From NCBI RefSeq assembly GCF_009931435.1, contig NZ_CP043414.1: a DNA stretch of 64,000 nt; one strand, given 5' to 3'. Both the position numbers and the translations under genes were made by a program. The notes beneath the pieces are model-generated. The model saw only the letters and a program-made list of their open reading frames with translations, made no database searches and was not told the DNA's origin. Source of the stretch: Escherichia coli. GTDB taxonomy: Bacteria; Pseudomonadota; Gammaproteobacteria; Enterobacterales; Enterobacteriaceae. Shown piece by piece: positions 1 through 9,539 of the stretch (positions are counted from its first letter, which is position 1; each line of letters starts with the position of its first letter).

Positions 1-2887
1 CAGAAGGCTGTACCCACCAGTTCACCGGTAATTCACTCACACTGTGTTTTGCACTGTCACGCAGGGGGGCACGGGATGAGGTGCCTTCGCCAAAGGTCAT
101 ATCGTTGTGGCTGCCCAGACGGAAACCGGCACGCACATGTTGTGCACTGCCATGCCCGAACTTCACATAACCGGCGTTGTCCTTACCGTCATCCAGGGAA
201 AGTCCCTGCCAGGTATACTGCAGTTGTGGCTCCAGCATCAGGTTGTCAGTGATACTGAAGGGCAGACCGGTTTCCAGTGAGCCCAGCCAGCCCCAGCCCC
301 GGGCGCGGAAGTCGTTATTGTCCGATGACGCTTTCATGCTGTGGCGGGTTCCCTGTGCCACAATGTCAGCCCACAGGCCGGAGGACGTGTGTGTCAGATT
401 CAGGTATCCGCCCAGGCTGCCGGCATCATCCCGGACCGTGCCGGCACGGGAGCCGTCATCATCCTTAACATCAACGGAAGAATGGCCAGCAGCACCATAT
501 ACCCCCGCGGTCACAGACATACCGGCAACCTCTGTTCTCATCAGGTCACCCTCCAGACGGACGAATCCATAGCTGCCGCTGCTTTCCGGCGTGGCCCCAC
601 GGGCAATACCGCCATTGTTATCGTGACCGAGATGACCGCCCTGAATGCTGAGACGGACGCTGTTGTTTTCACCATTTACACCGGTCTGATGGCTGCGGGA
701 GCCTGCCACAATCCGGTCATAGTCCATTGCCTGTGTCAGCATGGAGGCATACAGGGGGACTTCTGCACGATAAGCATTTTCACTGCGCAGATACCAGCTC
801 TCACCACTGTCCCGGTTGAGGGAGTAGTTAAAGGCACCGGCCTGCAGCCTGTTCCCCTGGACAAAGGCCCCTTCCTCCGTGGTGGCACCGTTAATGGCTT
901 CCACCACCTGAATACCCTTACCGCTGGTCGCCAGCCCCGACGCACTGTTGCCGGCGTTCACCAGGTTCAGGATGGTTTTTCCGGTTGCCCTGCCGCCGTC
1001 AATGACCAGTCTGTCAGCATTGTTCTGTGCCATATCCGGGCGTACACGCAGGCTGATGGTGCCATTCTGTCCGTTCAGGTTTTTCACTTTCAGGGTTGCC
1101 GGTACGAACTTCCCTGTGCGGGTGGAGGTGAAATGAATCTGTCCGGCATGGCTGAGGTCATCCACCACCGACTGCACCGTGGCGTTATCGGGGATATTCC
1201 AGGTGGCACCGGAGGCGAGAGTGACATTCGTGGGGTCAATGGCACCGTTCAGCACAGTGCTGCCGGTCAGCTTCAGGGCTGTACCGCGCTGAGCAATGAC
1301 ATCCGTGGTGACGGTACTGTCGTTCAGCGTCAGCGTGCCTTCATTCAGGTTGACGGCTTTCTGGGTGAGTGTGGTGTTGCTGACAGTGAGTGTGCCACTT
1401 CCTGATTTTTCCACGCTGCCGTTACCGGTGAGAGAGCCTCCCTGCAGGAGTGCATCGCCTTCACGGATGGTCAGGGTATCGTTGTTCACCGTCTTCCCGG
1501 AAAGGGTAAGTATGGCGCCGTTATTCAGCGTGGTGGTGCCCGCCAGTGTGCCGCCCCTGGCGGTGAACAGTCCGCCATTTACCGTGGTATCCGTGGCCGT
1601 ATCACCGGCGTTCAGCGTGAATGAACTGCCTTTTTCCAGCATCAGGGCATCCGCCTGACCGCCTCCGATACTGAATGCCTTTCCGTCGCTCCGGGTACCA
1701 CTGACAGCGGCACCGGAATCGGCCAGCAGTACACCGCCATTTCCCATGGATACGGTGGTGGCGGTACCACCGTTGCGGACATCCAGCGTTCCGCCATCAT
1801 CCACGCGGGTATTAGTGGCTGTGTGTCCGGTCAGCACATCCAGGCGTCCGCCATTTTCCAGTACGACATTATCAGCTTTACCCTCCACAACCGAGAATGC
1901 TCCAAGGCGGTTTATGCCGGTAACGGTTGCAGCCGTACTGGTAACCAGTGCGCCGCCCTGCTTCAGGGTGACATTCGTGGCTGTACCACCGGCGTCCACC
2001 TGCAGTCTGCCCTTCTGATTAACGGTGGTATTCCCGGCCACACCCCCGTTTTTGACAATCTGCCAGCCGTCACTGTTCACAACAGTGTCAGACGCTGTAC
2101 CGCCGTTGTGCACATACTGGTATCCCCCATTCAGCGTGGTATCCAGTGCGTGACCATGTACAGTCTGGTCGCCGCCGGCATAAACCACAGTGGTATTTGC
2201 CGTTCCTTCAGTTCTCACAATCTGGCGACCGTTTTTATTGATGGTTGTGCGTACGGCATCCCCGCGAACAAACTGCCCGGTATCACCGTTTTCTGCATCC
2301 GGTCCCCCTTCCGCCCCGGTATTAACAACGGTATCCGTTGCCACTGTACCGGGCTTGACGACCTGCCAGCCCTTATCATTAATGACGGTTCCTGTGGCTA
2401 TCGCCCCCTCATGCATCCACTGTTCGCCACCATTCAGCGTGGTGTTCACTGCCCGTCCCTGAAGGCTCTGTCCGCCTCCGGCACTGATAACCGTGTCTGA
2501 GACACTTCCACCGGGGTTCACTCTCTGAAGACCACCACTGGTGACAGTCGTTTTGTTGGCTGTTCCGCCATCCTGTACCCATTGCCCGCCGGTATTGGCC
2601 TCGTTATCCGGCCCATACTCCAGCCCGGTACTGATGGTCATTCCGTTGGTCGTACCGAAGACAATCTGGTTGTCATGATTTTCCAGTGTTCCGCCGTTCA
2701 CGGTTTCACCTGCCTGTACAATACTGTCAGCAGCCAGGGCCGGGACTGACGTGACAGCAGCAAGAGACAGAGCAACCGCCACACCGGCGCCTTTTCCCCG
2801 TGAGCGGGCCAGTTCGGAGGCCACCACCAGGGTGCCCGTAATGTGATTCCATACCAGCCTGTAGCTGGTGTTCAGATGTCGTTTCAT
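1..2887 (-). CDS. flu: Antigen 43 (self-associating autotransporter adhesin), 3' end truncated by window edge (about 75 codons missing)
   Basis: Reverse complement from 2887 reads MKRHLNTSYRLVWNH... with long signal peptide and passenger repeats; reverse complement of window start reads ...RAPLRDSAKHSVSELPVNWWVQPS, matching the Ag43 translocator region; the long plus-strand ORFs here are antisense artefacts. Confidence 0.9.
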   Translation of the reverse strand, partial: MKRHLNTSYRLVWNHITGTLVVASELARSRGKGAGVAVALSLAAVTSVPALAADSIVQAGETVNGGTLENHDNQIVFGTTNGMTISTGLEYGPDNEANTGGQWVQDGGTANKTTVTSGGLQRVNPGGSVSDTVISAGGGQSLQGRAVNTTLNGGEQWMHEGAIATGTVINDKGWQVVKPGTVATDTVVNTGAEGGPDAENGDTGQFVRGDAVRTTINKNGRQIVRTEGTANTTVVYAGGDQTVHGHALDTTLNGGYQYVHNGGTASDTVVNSDGWQIVKNGGVAGNTTVNQKGRLQVDAGGTATNVTLKQGGALVTSTAATVTGINRLGAFSVVEGKADNVVLENGGRLDVLTGHTATNTRVDDGGTLDVRNGGTATTVSMGNGGVLLADSGAAVSGTRSDGKAFSIGGGQADALMLEKGSSFTLNAGDTATDTTVNGGLFTARGGTLAGTTTLNNGAILTLSGKTVNNDTLTIREGDALLQGGSLTGNGSVEKSGSGTLTVSNTTLTQKAVNLNEGTLTLNDSTVTTDVIAQRGTALKLTGSTVLNGAIDPTNVTLASGATWNIPDNATVQSVVDDLSHAGQIHFTSTRTGKFVPATLKVKNLNGQNGTISLRVRPDMAQNNADRLVIDGGRATGKTILNLVNAGNSASGLATSGKGIQVVEAINGATTEEGAFVQGNRLQAGAFNYSLNRDSGESWYLRSENAYRAEVPLYASMLTQAMDYDRIVAGSRSHQTGVNGENNSVRLSIQGGHLGHDNNGGIARGATPESSGSYGFVRLEGDLMRTEVAGMSVTAGVYGAAGHSSVDVKDDDGSRAGTVRDDAGSLGGYLNLTHTSSGLWADIVAQGTRHSMKASSDNNDFRARGWGWLGSLETGLPFSITDNLMLEPQLQYTWQGLSLDDGKDNAGYVKFGHGSAQHVRAGFRLGSHNDMTFGEGTSSRAPLRDSAKHSVSELPVNWWVQPS

Positions 2888-3059
2888 CAGCTTTTCCTTA
2901 GATTGAGGGTGAATAAAAAAGCCGGTACCCACAAACGTGGATACCGGCAGGTAAAGGGTTACAGTGCCGGAGGTCCGGCTGTGGGAGTTTCTGAATTGTG
3001 GTTCTGTTGTTCCCTGAATGTCTTTCTGTACGTATCTGTGCATGTTACTGACAAAGGTT

Positions 3060-3120
3060 ATTATTAGCTTATCGATCGATATAAACGATCGATAAAATAG
3101 ATATCGATCGTTTTATTCTA
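3060..3120 (-). promoter_or_regulatory. flu (agn43) phase-variation control region with three clustered GATC (Dam) sites
   Basis: GATC at 3074-3077, 3087-3090 and 3106-3109 within an AT-rich tract about 190-220 nt upstream of the flu start; matches the known Dam/OxyR switch architecture. Confidence 0.7.
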
Positions 3121-3214
3121 TTATTGAGCTATTGCACGGACAAGAGAGACAGTAACGAAAACAGTGCTTTTGTGAGCAGACTCAGAGTCAGGGAGGGCAT
3201 CAGTCACGACAGGT

Positions 3215-4087
3215 TCAGAAGAAAATCCAGTTCCATACCGCACGGGCAACAGAGACCACCGTGTCACGAACAGCGCGCAGGGCCGTACGGACAACAGAGG
3301 CAACACAGACGCTCTCCGCTGTGTCAAATATCCGGTCCACCGCACCGGTAAACTGTTCACGGGCCTGAGAGCGGACAGATTCCGTGCGCAGCTCGTCCTG
3401 CAGTCGGGTCATCAGGGGACTGGCGGCATGGTCGGGAAGCGCTGTCATGAGCGCACTGACCAGCGTATCCAGTTCCCAGCCGGTGCGGGCCGATACGGCC
3501 ACAACCGGATGTACGGGCCGGAACAGACGGAATACCGCCTCCGTTTTTTCGCGAATATTCTGTGCCTGTGCAGGAGAAGGCTGAATACCGGCCATATCCC
3601 ATTCATGGCAGGGCTCCGTTTTGTCGGCCTGCGTCACCACAAACAGTACCCGCTGATGTCCCCGGTGCAGGATGTGTCGCCAGAAATACTCATCCACAGA
3701 CAGGGCACGGTCATCGGCTTTAATCAGCCACAGTACCAGGTCAAGTTCAGGCAGAATGTCACGGTACAGGGCCTCATACTCTGCATCCCTGTCCCGGCTC
3801 TCGCCCACCCCGGGCAGGTCAGTGATAACCATGCTGTGACCGTGGCCACTCAGACGGAAGCGCCGTACTTCCCGGGTGCCGGCGTGAACATCACTGACCG
3901 GGGTGACCTCCCCCTGAAACAGTGCATTACAGAGTGAGGATTTACCGGCCCCGCTTTTACCCATAATGCCAATCACGGGTTCGTGACGGGTGAGTTTGCG
4001 CAGATGTTCCAGGATGTGACGGGAAAGCGAGTAAGGCAGGGAGGAGAGCGGTTTTTCAATTGCCTCAATGGCATCAGACGGATTCAT
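3215..4087 (-). CDS. yeeP: YeeP/YfjP-family prophage GTPase (50S ribosome-binding GTPase-like), apparently full length
   Basis: Translation from internal ATG at 4087 (MNPSDAIEAIEKPL...) with P-loop GIMGKSGAGKSS and DLPG motif; ORF-track start at 4126 is probably an N-terminal over-extension. Confidence 0.8.
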   Translation of the reverse strand: MNPSDAIEAIEKPLSSLPYSLSRHILEHLRKLTRHEPVIGIMGKSGAGKSSLCNALFQGEVTPVSDVHAGTREVRRFRLSGHGHSMVITDLPGVGESRDRDAEYEALYRDILPELDLVLWLIKADDRALSVDEYFWRHILHRGHQRVLFVVTQADKTEPCHEWDMAGIQPSPAQAQNIREKTEAVFRLFRPVHPVVAVSARTGWELDTLVSALMTALPDHAASPLMTRLQDELRTESVRSQAREQFTGAVDRIFDTAESVCVASVVRTALRAVRDTVVSVARAVWNWIFF

Positions 4088-5315
4088 ACATGTATTCCCG
4101 GTGAAAAAAGACAAAACCCCGCGCACCGGAAAGGTGGCGGGGGATTCACGGAGATAATATCTGTCTGAAATTGTTTTTAATCGATGGGATTGTTGCGTAT
4201 TAACATGAAGGAGATCAGGACTTATCCGTTACTGGGTGATCTCCTTCCATGAAAATACGCCGTTATTGTTAAACAGCAGGCTGATTTCTCCGTAAAGGGG
4301 AAAATATTTATCGGCTGCATGATTATCAGGTGTGTCTGTGTTTACTGCTGTGAGTATTTTTCAGTGTATTGTGGGGGAGATGTCAGTGGGAGATATTAAA
4401 TTTACATTTATAATTATCTTACTTCTTCTGTGTGTTTTTTATAAGAGTGCACACGTAATGATATCTGTTGATACCATGTGGTTAAGTGTTTCCCTTCCTG
4501 GTCATGCGTAATGATTAAATGCTTTTGTGACACCATTCTTCCGGTCTGAATATTTATCCCGTTCTTTTTTATTTGTGCAGTGATACTGTCGGAAGAGAAT
4601 TCAGTAATGTGAGGTGTCCTGGTCAGGATAATATCTGCTGAGATATTATTAGTTGAGTGTGTTTTTACTGAGCAAAAGCTGGCTTTTAATTCCTGTACTG
4701 AAACGCTGTTGCTCGTCCGGGGTTAACTGAAACTGGATGATGATGTAAAATGAAGGCTGTTTTTGTGTTTGTCGAAGAAGTGTTATTTTAATCCATTCTC
4801 ATCATTGGCTGGCGATTATACAGAAGTATTTGAAGAAAAAATGGTGCATTTTATCTGCGTCAGCAGGGAGGAAGTATTTTATTGATGTATCAGTATTAAA
4901 TGGTTTTTGTTATTTAGAAATATGTCATCCTGTCCATAGAATATTGTACTCAGCATTCAGTGCAGGAACTGTAGTCTTCTTTATTTTATTCTTCTTCAGG
5001 AGGGGGGATTCCTGAAGGCGTTATTCCCGGTGTTCTGTTTATGATTCATCCCGGCAGGAAACCGGTATCTGCAATACCCGGGATGATGCTTTTTGTTCGT
5101 ACGTGGTTGTGTAAAATTTGAATAGTGGATGTGCTCTGAAGGGAAGGAGGGGACACACAGATTCATTTTGTCTTTCTTCAGCAGCAAAACACACTGTGGT
5201 TATTATTTAACCATTAAATCAACAAAAATTTTTACCTCATATTGATTTGACTGCTATTTTTGCTATTAATAGCCAGAATTGCAGTACTTTTATATCTGTG
5301 TGTAGTGAGGTTACT

Positions 5316-6800
5316 ATGTCATTCGGTCAGCCTTGTGATGAGTTTCCCCTGAGTTCGCTGCCTCCACTCATTCGTGATGCCGTTATTGAAGCTCAGCAAA
5401 TTACGCAGGCTCCCCTTGGGCTTGTGGCAGCGTCTGCCCTGGGCGCTGTTTCACTTGTCTGCCAGAATCTGATTGATGTCTGCAGACTGAATACACTGCG
5501 GGGGCCGGTCTCTCTTTTTTTCCTGACGCTTGCCGAGTCCGGAGAACGAAAAATCGCAGTGGACAAATTATTAATGAAGCCCCTGTATCAGCAGGAGATG
5601 CAGTTATATTCCAGATACAAAAGTGAACTGGCTGTCTGGAAAAACAAGGAAGAGCTTTTAAAGGCTCAGAAAAAAGCATTGTTGTCAAAACTGAATAAAG
5701 AACTCCGCAAAGGAGCGGATGAGTCAGAAACCCTCAGACAACTGGAAGTACTTCAGAAAAACAGTGCGGAAGAACCTGTGAGGTATAAATTCATTTTTAA
5801 TGATGCCACGACTGCGGCAATTAAGAATCAGCTTTGTGGTAAATGGCGTTCAGTGGGTATTATGTCAGATGAAGCCGGTATTATATTTGATGGATATACC
5901 CTGTCTGAGTTGCCATTTATTAACAAAATGTGGGATGGCTCTGTATTGTCTGTGGACAGAAAGAATGAACCCGAACAGATGATTGAAAATGCCAGAATGA
6001 CGTTATCCCTCATGGTGCAACCCGGTCTTTTTGACCGATATATGGAGCGAAAAGGTTCTGTTGCCAGGGACAGTGGTTTTCTTGCCCGTTGTCTTATCAG
6101 TAAACCTGCAACCACGCAGGGGAAACGCTTTATTAACGGAGCTGTGATTCCGGGAGGATCATTAACGGCATTTCATGAACGATTAATGGAACTGGCCAGA
6201 GGCAGTATTGAAAAATCCAGTGAGGATGAACGGTATTGTCTGCATTTTTCGCCTGAAGCGCAAAAAATATTTATTGAGCACTATAATGTTCTGGAGCAGG
6301 ATTTATCTCCCTCCGGTCCGTTAAGTGCGTTTCGGGGACATGTTTCAAAAAAAACAGAAAACATTGCAAGAATTGCAGCGTTATTTCAGTATTTCAGCTA
6401 TGGTGAAGGGAAAATCTCTGCCGATATCATGACGTCTGCTGTCGTAATAAGTTCGTGGTACACAGATGAATATAAAAAATTATTTGCGTTACCTGATGAA
6501 TCTGAACTGCAGCAGAAGGACGCCGAGGAGCTGTTCGACTGGCTCATTGAGGAGTGCCGCGGAGAATGCCCACCCCGTGTCAGGAAAAATTATATTCTCC
6601 AGTGTGGCCCGGGTCGGTTCAGAAACAGGAAAAAACTGAACGCATTGCTGAACATTCTTGAATCTCAGTTCAGGCTTTCTGTCGTGCCGGAAGGAAAAAC
6701 CATGTATGTTCTGCTTCCCCAGATAGCCAGTTTAAAGTTGTCTGATGTCTCTGGTATTTTTACCTCGGGTTATCACTACAATAAGCTGAGAGCGAAGTAA
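5316..6800 (+). CDS. Large island protein, tentatively DUF3987 / YfjI-like (prophage replication-associated protein of unknown function)
   Basis: 494 aa from ATG 5316 preceded by GTGAGG Shine-Dalgarno; motifs recalled from the DUF3987 family (MSDEAG, GSVLSVDRK, LMVQPG, GFLARCL); no P-loop visible; family assignment from memory only. Confidence 0.55.
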   Translation: MSFGQPCDEFPLSSLPPLIRDAVIEAQQITQAPLGLVAASALGAVSLVCQNLIDVCRLNTLRGPVSLFFLTLAESGERKIAVDKLLMKPLYQQEMQLYSRYKSELAVWKNKEELLKAQKKALLSKLNKELRKGADESETLRQLEVLQKNSAEEPVRYKFIFNDATTAAIKNQLCGKWRSVGIMSDEAGIIFDGYTLSELPFINKMWDGSVLSVDRKNEPEQMIENARMTLSLMVQPGLFDRYMERKGSVARDSGFLARCLISKPATTQGKRFINGAVIPGGSLTAFHERLMELARGSIEKSSEDERYCLHFSPEAQKIFIEHYNVLEQDLSPSGPLSAFRGHVSKKTENIARIAALFQYFSYGEGKISADIMTSAVVISSWYTDEYKKLFALPDESELQQKDAEELFDWLIEECRGECPPRVRKNYILQCGPGRFRNRKKLNALLNILESQFRLSVVPEGKTMYVLLPQIASLKLSDVSGIFTSGYHYNKLRAK

Positions 6801-6859
6801 CCGGTGAGCAGTTTTTCTCCATTATGCTTCAGACTTAGATGATTGATTATTATGGGGAT

Positions 6860-6899
6860 TTCATCACCGATATTCAGATGTATGAATATCGGTGATGAA
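6860..6899. repeat. Perfect inverted repeat (17 bp arms, 6 nt loop) between convergent genes; possible bidirectional terminator or protein-binding palindrome
   Basis: ttcatcaccgatattca / gatgta / tgaatatcggtgatgaa read directly; no U-tract on either side. Confidence 0.5.
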
Positions 6900-7121
6900 C
6901 TAAAGCTCAGGAGTTGCGTGGTGGTGATGAATCAACAGGCATATAACTGATACCCGCCGGTCAGAAGTTCCAGCCTGCGACTTTCCTGTCTGCGTGCCCG
7001 CAGTCCGGCGTTCAGGTGCAGCGTGTGACAGAACGCACGGAGAGCGAAACGGCAGGCAGACAGGCTGTTCAGTCAGCCCTGGCACCCTGCCCGGATACCA
7101 GCTTCCCTGAAACAACTGGCA

Positions 7122-7730
7122 TCAGGTGCGCTTATCGTCAACCGTTGTGCGGTATGCCAGGAGCACGTACTGATCCATCAGATCCGTCAGTGCTGCGCTC
7201 TGCTTCTGACGGTTGATGATCCATTCCTCCAGCTCTTTTTCTGATTTCCGTTTCAGATTCTCCGTCCAGTCGTCAAGGCAGTTTCCGGTCATTAAATCAA
7301 GCCAGCAAAGCCAGACCAGTTTGAGGCGCAACTCCGTGCCACCAAACTGACGGAAGAGGCTGATCAGTTTATTTGCCAGCGAACGCTGCCTCAGACGTTC
7401 ACATTCAGACAGGAGAATGCCTTCCAGCATCGGATGATGAACCAGCAGATGTTCACTGGTGCATAAATTCACTATCAGATCATCATCCAGGGGCGGCGTG
7501 GTCCGTTTGTCCGGACCATAAATCAGCCGGTGCAGACTCTGGGGTACGATGGCAATCTCCGGTTTTTCACCATTGAATGACACCCACCCGGGCGTCAGAT
7601 TATGGAAGTAGTAGATATTCGGATGACACACGCCCCAGGATACGGCGTGCCGGGTGAAGCCGGTCAGCCATTTCTGGTAGCTTTCGTGGAGCAGCTCGTA
7701 ACGGGTCTGATACTGTGGTTTCATTTTCAT
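7122..7730 (-). CDS. Hypothetical protein (202 aa) downstream of alpA on the same strand
   Basis: ORF 7122..7871; internal ATG at 7730 (MKMKPQYQ...) has a GAGGAA Shine-Dalgarno 6 nt upstream; no family recognised. Confidence 0.5.
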   Translation of the reverse strand: MKMKPQYQTRYELLHESYQKWLTGFTRHAVSWGVCHPNIYYFHNLTPGWVSFNGEKPEIAIVPQSLHRLIYGPDKRTTPPLDDDLIVNLCTSEHLLVHHPMLEGILLSECERLRQRSLANKLISLFRQFGGTELRLKLVWLCWLDLMTGNCLDDWTENLKRKSEKELEEWIINRQKQSAALTDLMDQYVLLAYRTTVDDKRT

Positions 7731-7810
7731 ATTCCTCACGGGAGATAACAGGCAGCAGAACGCCGCCGGCAGGCCGGAGACTGCGTCTGCTGCAGATGAA
7801 CGGTTAAGAA

Positions 7811-8017
7811 TTACGGACGGGACTGTGCAATACGCGCCTGCAGCCAGGCTTCCACTTCGCTTTTCAGCCATCGGGAGCTGCGGCCCATTTTGATGGGCGC
7901 AGGAAAGTCACCATCCTTGATGAGTTTGTAAAACCACTTATCGGTCAGGCCGGTCAGTTGAGTGATAAATGCCATGTCGACCATCTGGTCATCCATCAGT
8001 GAAACTGGGGTGATCAT
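7811..8017 (-). CDS. alpA: AlpA-family prophage transcriptional regulator (MerR-like HTH)
   Basis: MITPVSLMDDQMVDMAFITQLTGLTDKWFYKLIKDG...RWLKSEVEAWL pattern typical of the AlpA family; ATG 8017 preceded by GAGGAA. Confidence 0.75.
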   Translation of the reverse strand: MITPVSLMDDQMVDMAFITQLTGLTDKWFYKLIKDGDFPAPIKMGRSSRWLKSEVEAWLQARIAQSRP

Positions 8018-8563
8018 GAGAATGTTCCTCCGGATGTTGTTAAACCAGCCGGTGTGGTCATGAAAACAACGCACCACCTTCACCGGCATAACAACCGGGG
8101 AGAAACGTAAAAAATAATCGGGAATGTGACCGCCAGGAGATAAACGGGGAGGTTACGGTGGCTGAGCCGTACCGGTATGCCGGGTGGTTGTTACGAAACG
8201 ATGCTTCCGCACGCGCGCGCGATAAAGAAGGGATGATTTTCGTGAGGAAGAGGGGAAAACTGGCGTTCTGATAATTGCAGAGTTATTTACGGGGCGGTTA
8301 CGATGGGGCAGACCGTGTCCGGTGGGCAGGCGACAGGTATCACCGATGGGATAAGACTGTCTGATTGGTATTATAAATATATAAGAGAGATCAAACACAT
8401 GAGATCAAATACATGAGTTCATATATGTGAAATAAACACGGTGAGTGTGATCAGTGGGCATGATGAGAACGCAGTAGCAACAGACTGCGCTATCCCTGAT
8501 AGCTGGCGTATAACCTGCGTATATAAAACGTACCAGCAACGCACGTGAACAGAGTGCATTAAG

Positions 8564-8579
8564 CATCCGTCGTTGACAC
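8564..8579. repeat. 16 nt identical to the IS100 right terminal repeat (catccgtcgttgacac); solo IS21-family end remnant
   Basis: Exact match to 25513-25528 plus flanking c of the IS100 copy in this window. Confidence 0.5.
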
Positions 8580-9329
8580 CGACCTGGTGAGTGACAGTCT
8601 GAGAGACCGGTTAAGTGGTGGTACGGGAGTAATGAGTTTGGGGTGGGTACCAGAATGCCAGTCTGGCGGTATGCTGACAGTATCACGTTAATTGCAGCAT
8701 AAAGTGATGAGAGGCTAATGGAAGTTAAAACCAGAGCAGTTCCGTCGTTGTTCATCCCGGGAGACGCTGGAAAAAGTGATTTCCCACACGCGTTATAAGC
8801 TTACTCCAGCGGAGATGGAAGCCTTCAACTCTGCGGTCGATCACCGACTGGCAGAACTGACAATGAACAAGCTTTACGATCGTGTTCCCGCTTCAGTCTG
8901 GAAATATGTCATCTGAGCGTTCGGTAATCACAACTGCATCGCGCCAGGTGTTATCCGCTTTGTGATTCTTATTGGCTCTTCTCAGGTTATTAAAAGCTGA
9001 ATATGTTCCTGTTGTCGGGAACCAGGATAATACCGGGAGCGTTAAGCGGTATAGCGACAACAAAGAATTCGAAATCAAAAGGGAATGGTGCCGGAGGCGT
9101 GGGCGGTAATAGGCTGATTTTCAGGTATTACCGGCTTACAACGTGTGGTTGATATTGAGGGGCTGTGAGTTTCGCGTATTTGTCAGAAACCCAGATGAGT
9201 TTTCCTGTATGGGACGAAATAAGGCAGCGGCAATACCTGGAAAATTTAATATGGTATGAAGGAGAACCTGTCGGTTACGCTTAATATACACGGTACACTG
9301 TCAGCTCAGGGGATACATGAACCGTTATC

Positions 9330-9539
9330 TCACCAGCTACACAGTATACACACACTGACGCTGACAGTAGTCAGCAGGACCACAATAATCAGCGCCAGCA
9401 GTATGGTAACGATACGGTCTGTATTCCGGTAGTAGCCGAAGGGGTCGACAGAACCACAATACGGGCAACACACTGTATTATTAGTAATCGCGTTTCCACA
9501 GTCCCTGCACTTCTTTTGCGTATCACCATAACTCCCTCC
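9330..9539 (-). pseudogene. Small zinc-ribbon plus transmembrane-helix protein, apparently frameshifted
   Basis: ATG at 9529 with strong GAGGAGGGAG Shine-Dalgarno opens a 46-codon frame; the -1 frame encodes CRDCGNAITNNTVCCPYCGS followed by a hydrophobic helix (IVTILLALIIVVLLTTVSVSV) but lacks a start codon. Confidence 0.4.

Noticed and set aside
341-2500. Long plus-strand ORFs (341..1405, 1823..2500 and others) rich in Gly/Thr/Val
   Set aside because: They are antisense frames of flu (Ag43), whose sense translation on the minus strand matches the known protein; the high GC and repeats keep the antisense frames open.
2888-3214. IsrC small RNA between yeeP and flu
   Set aside because: I could not recall the sequence well enough to place its ends; only the GATC switch is reported.
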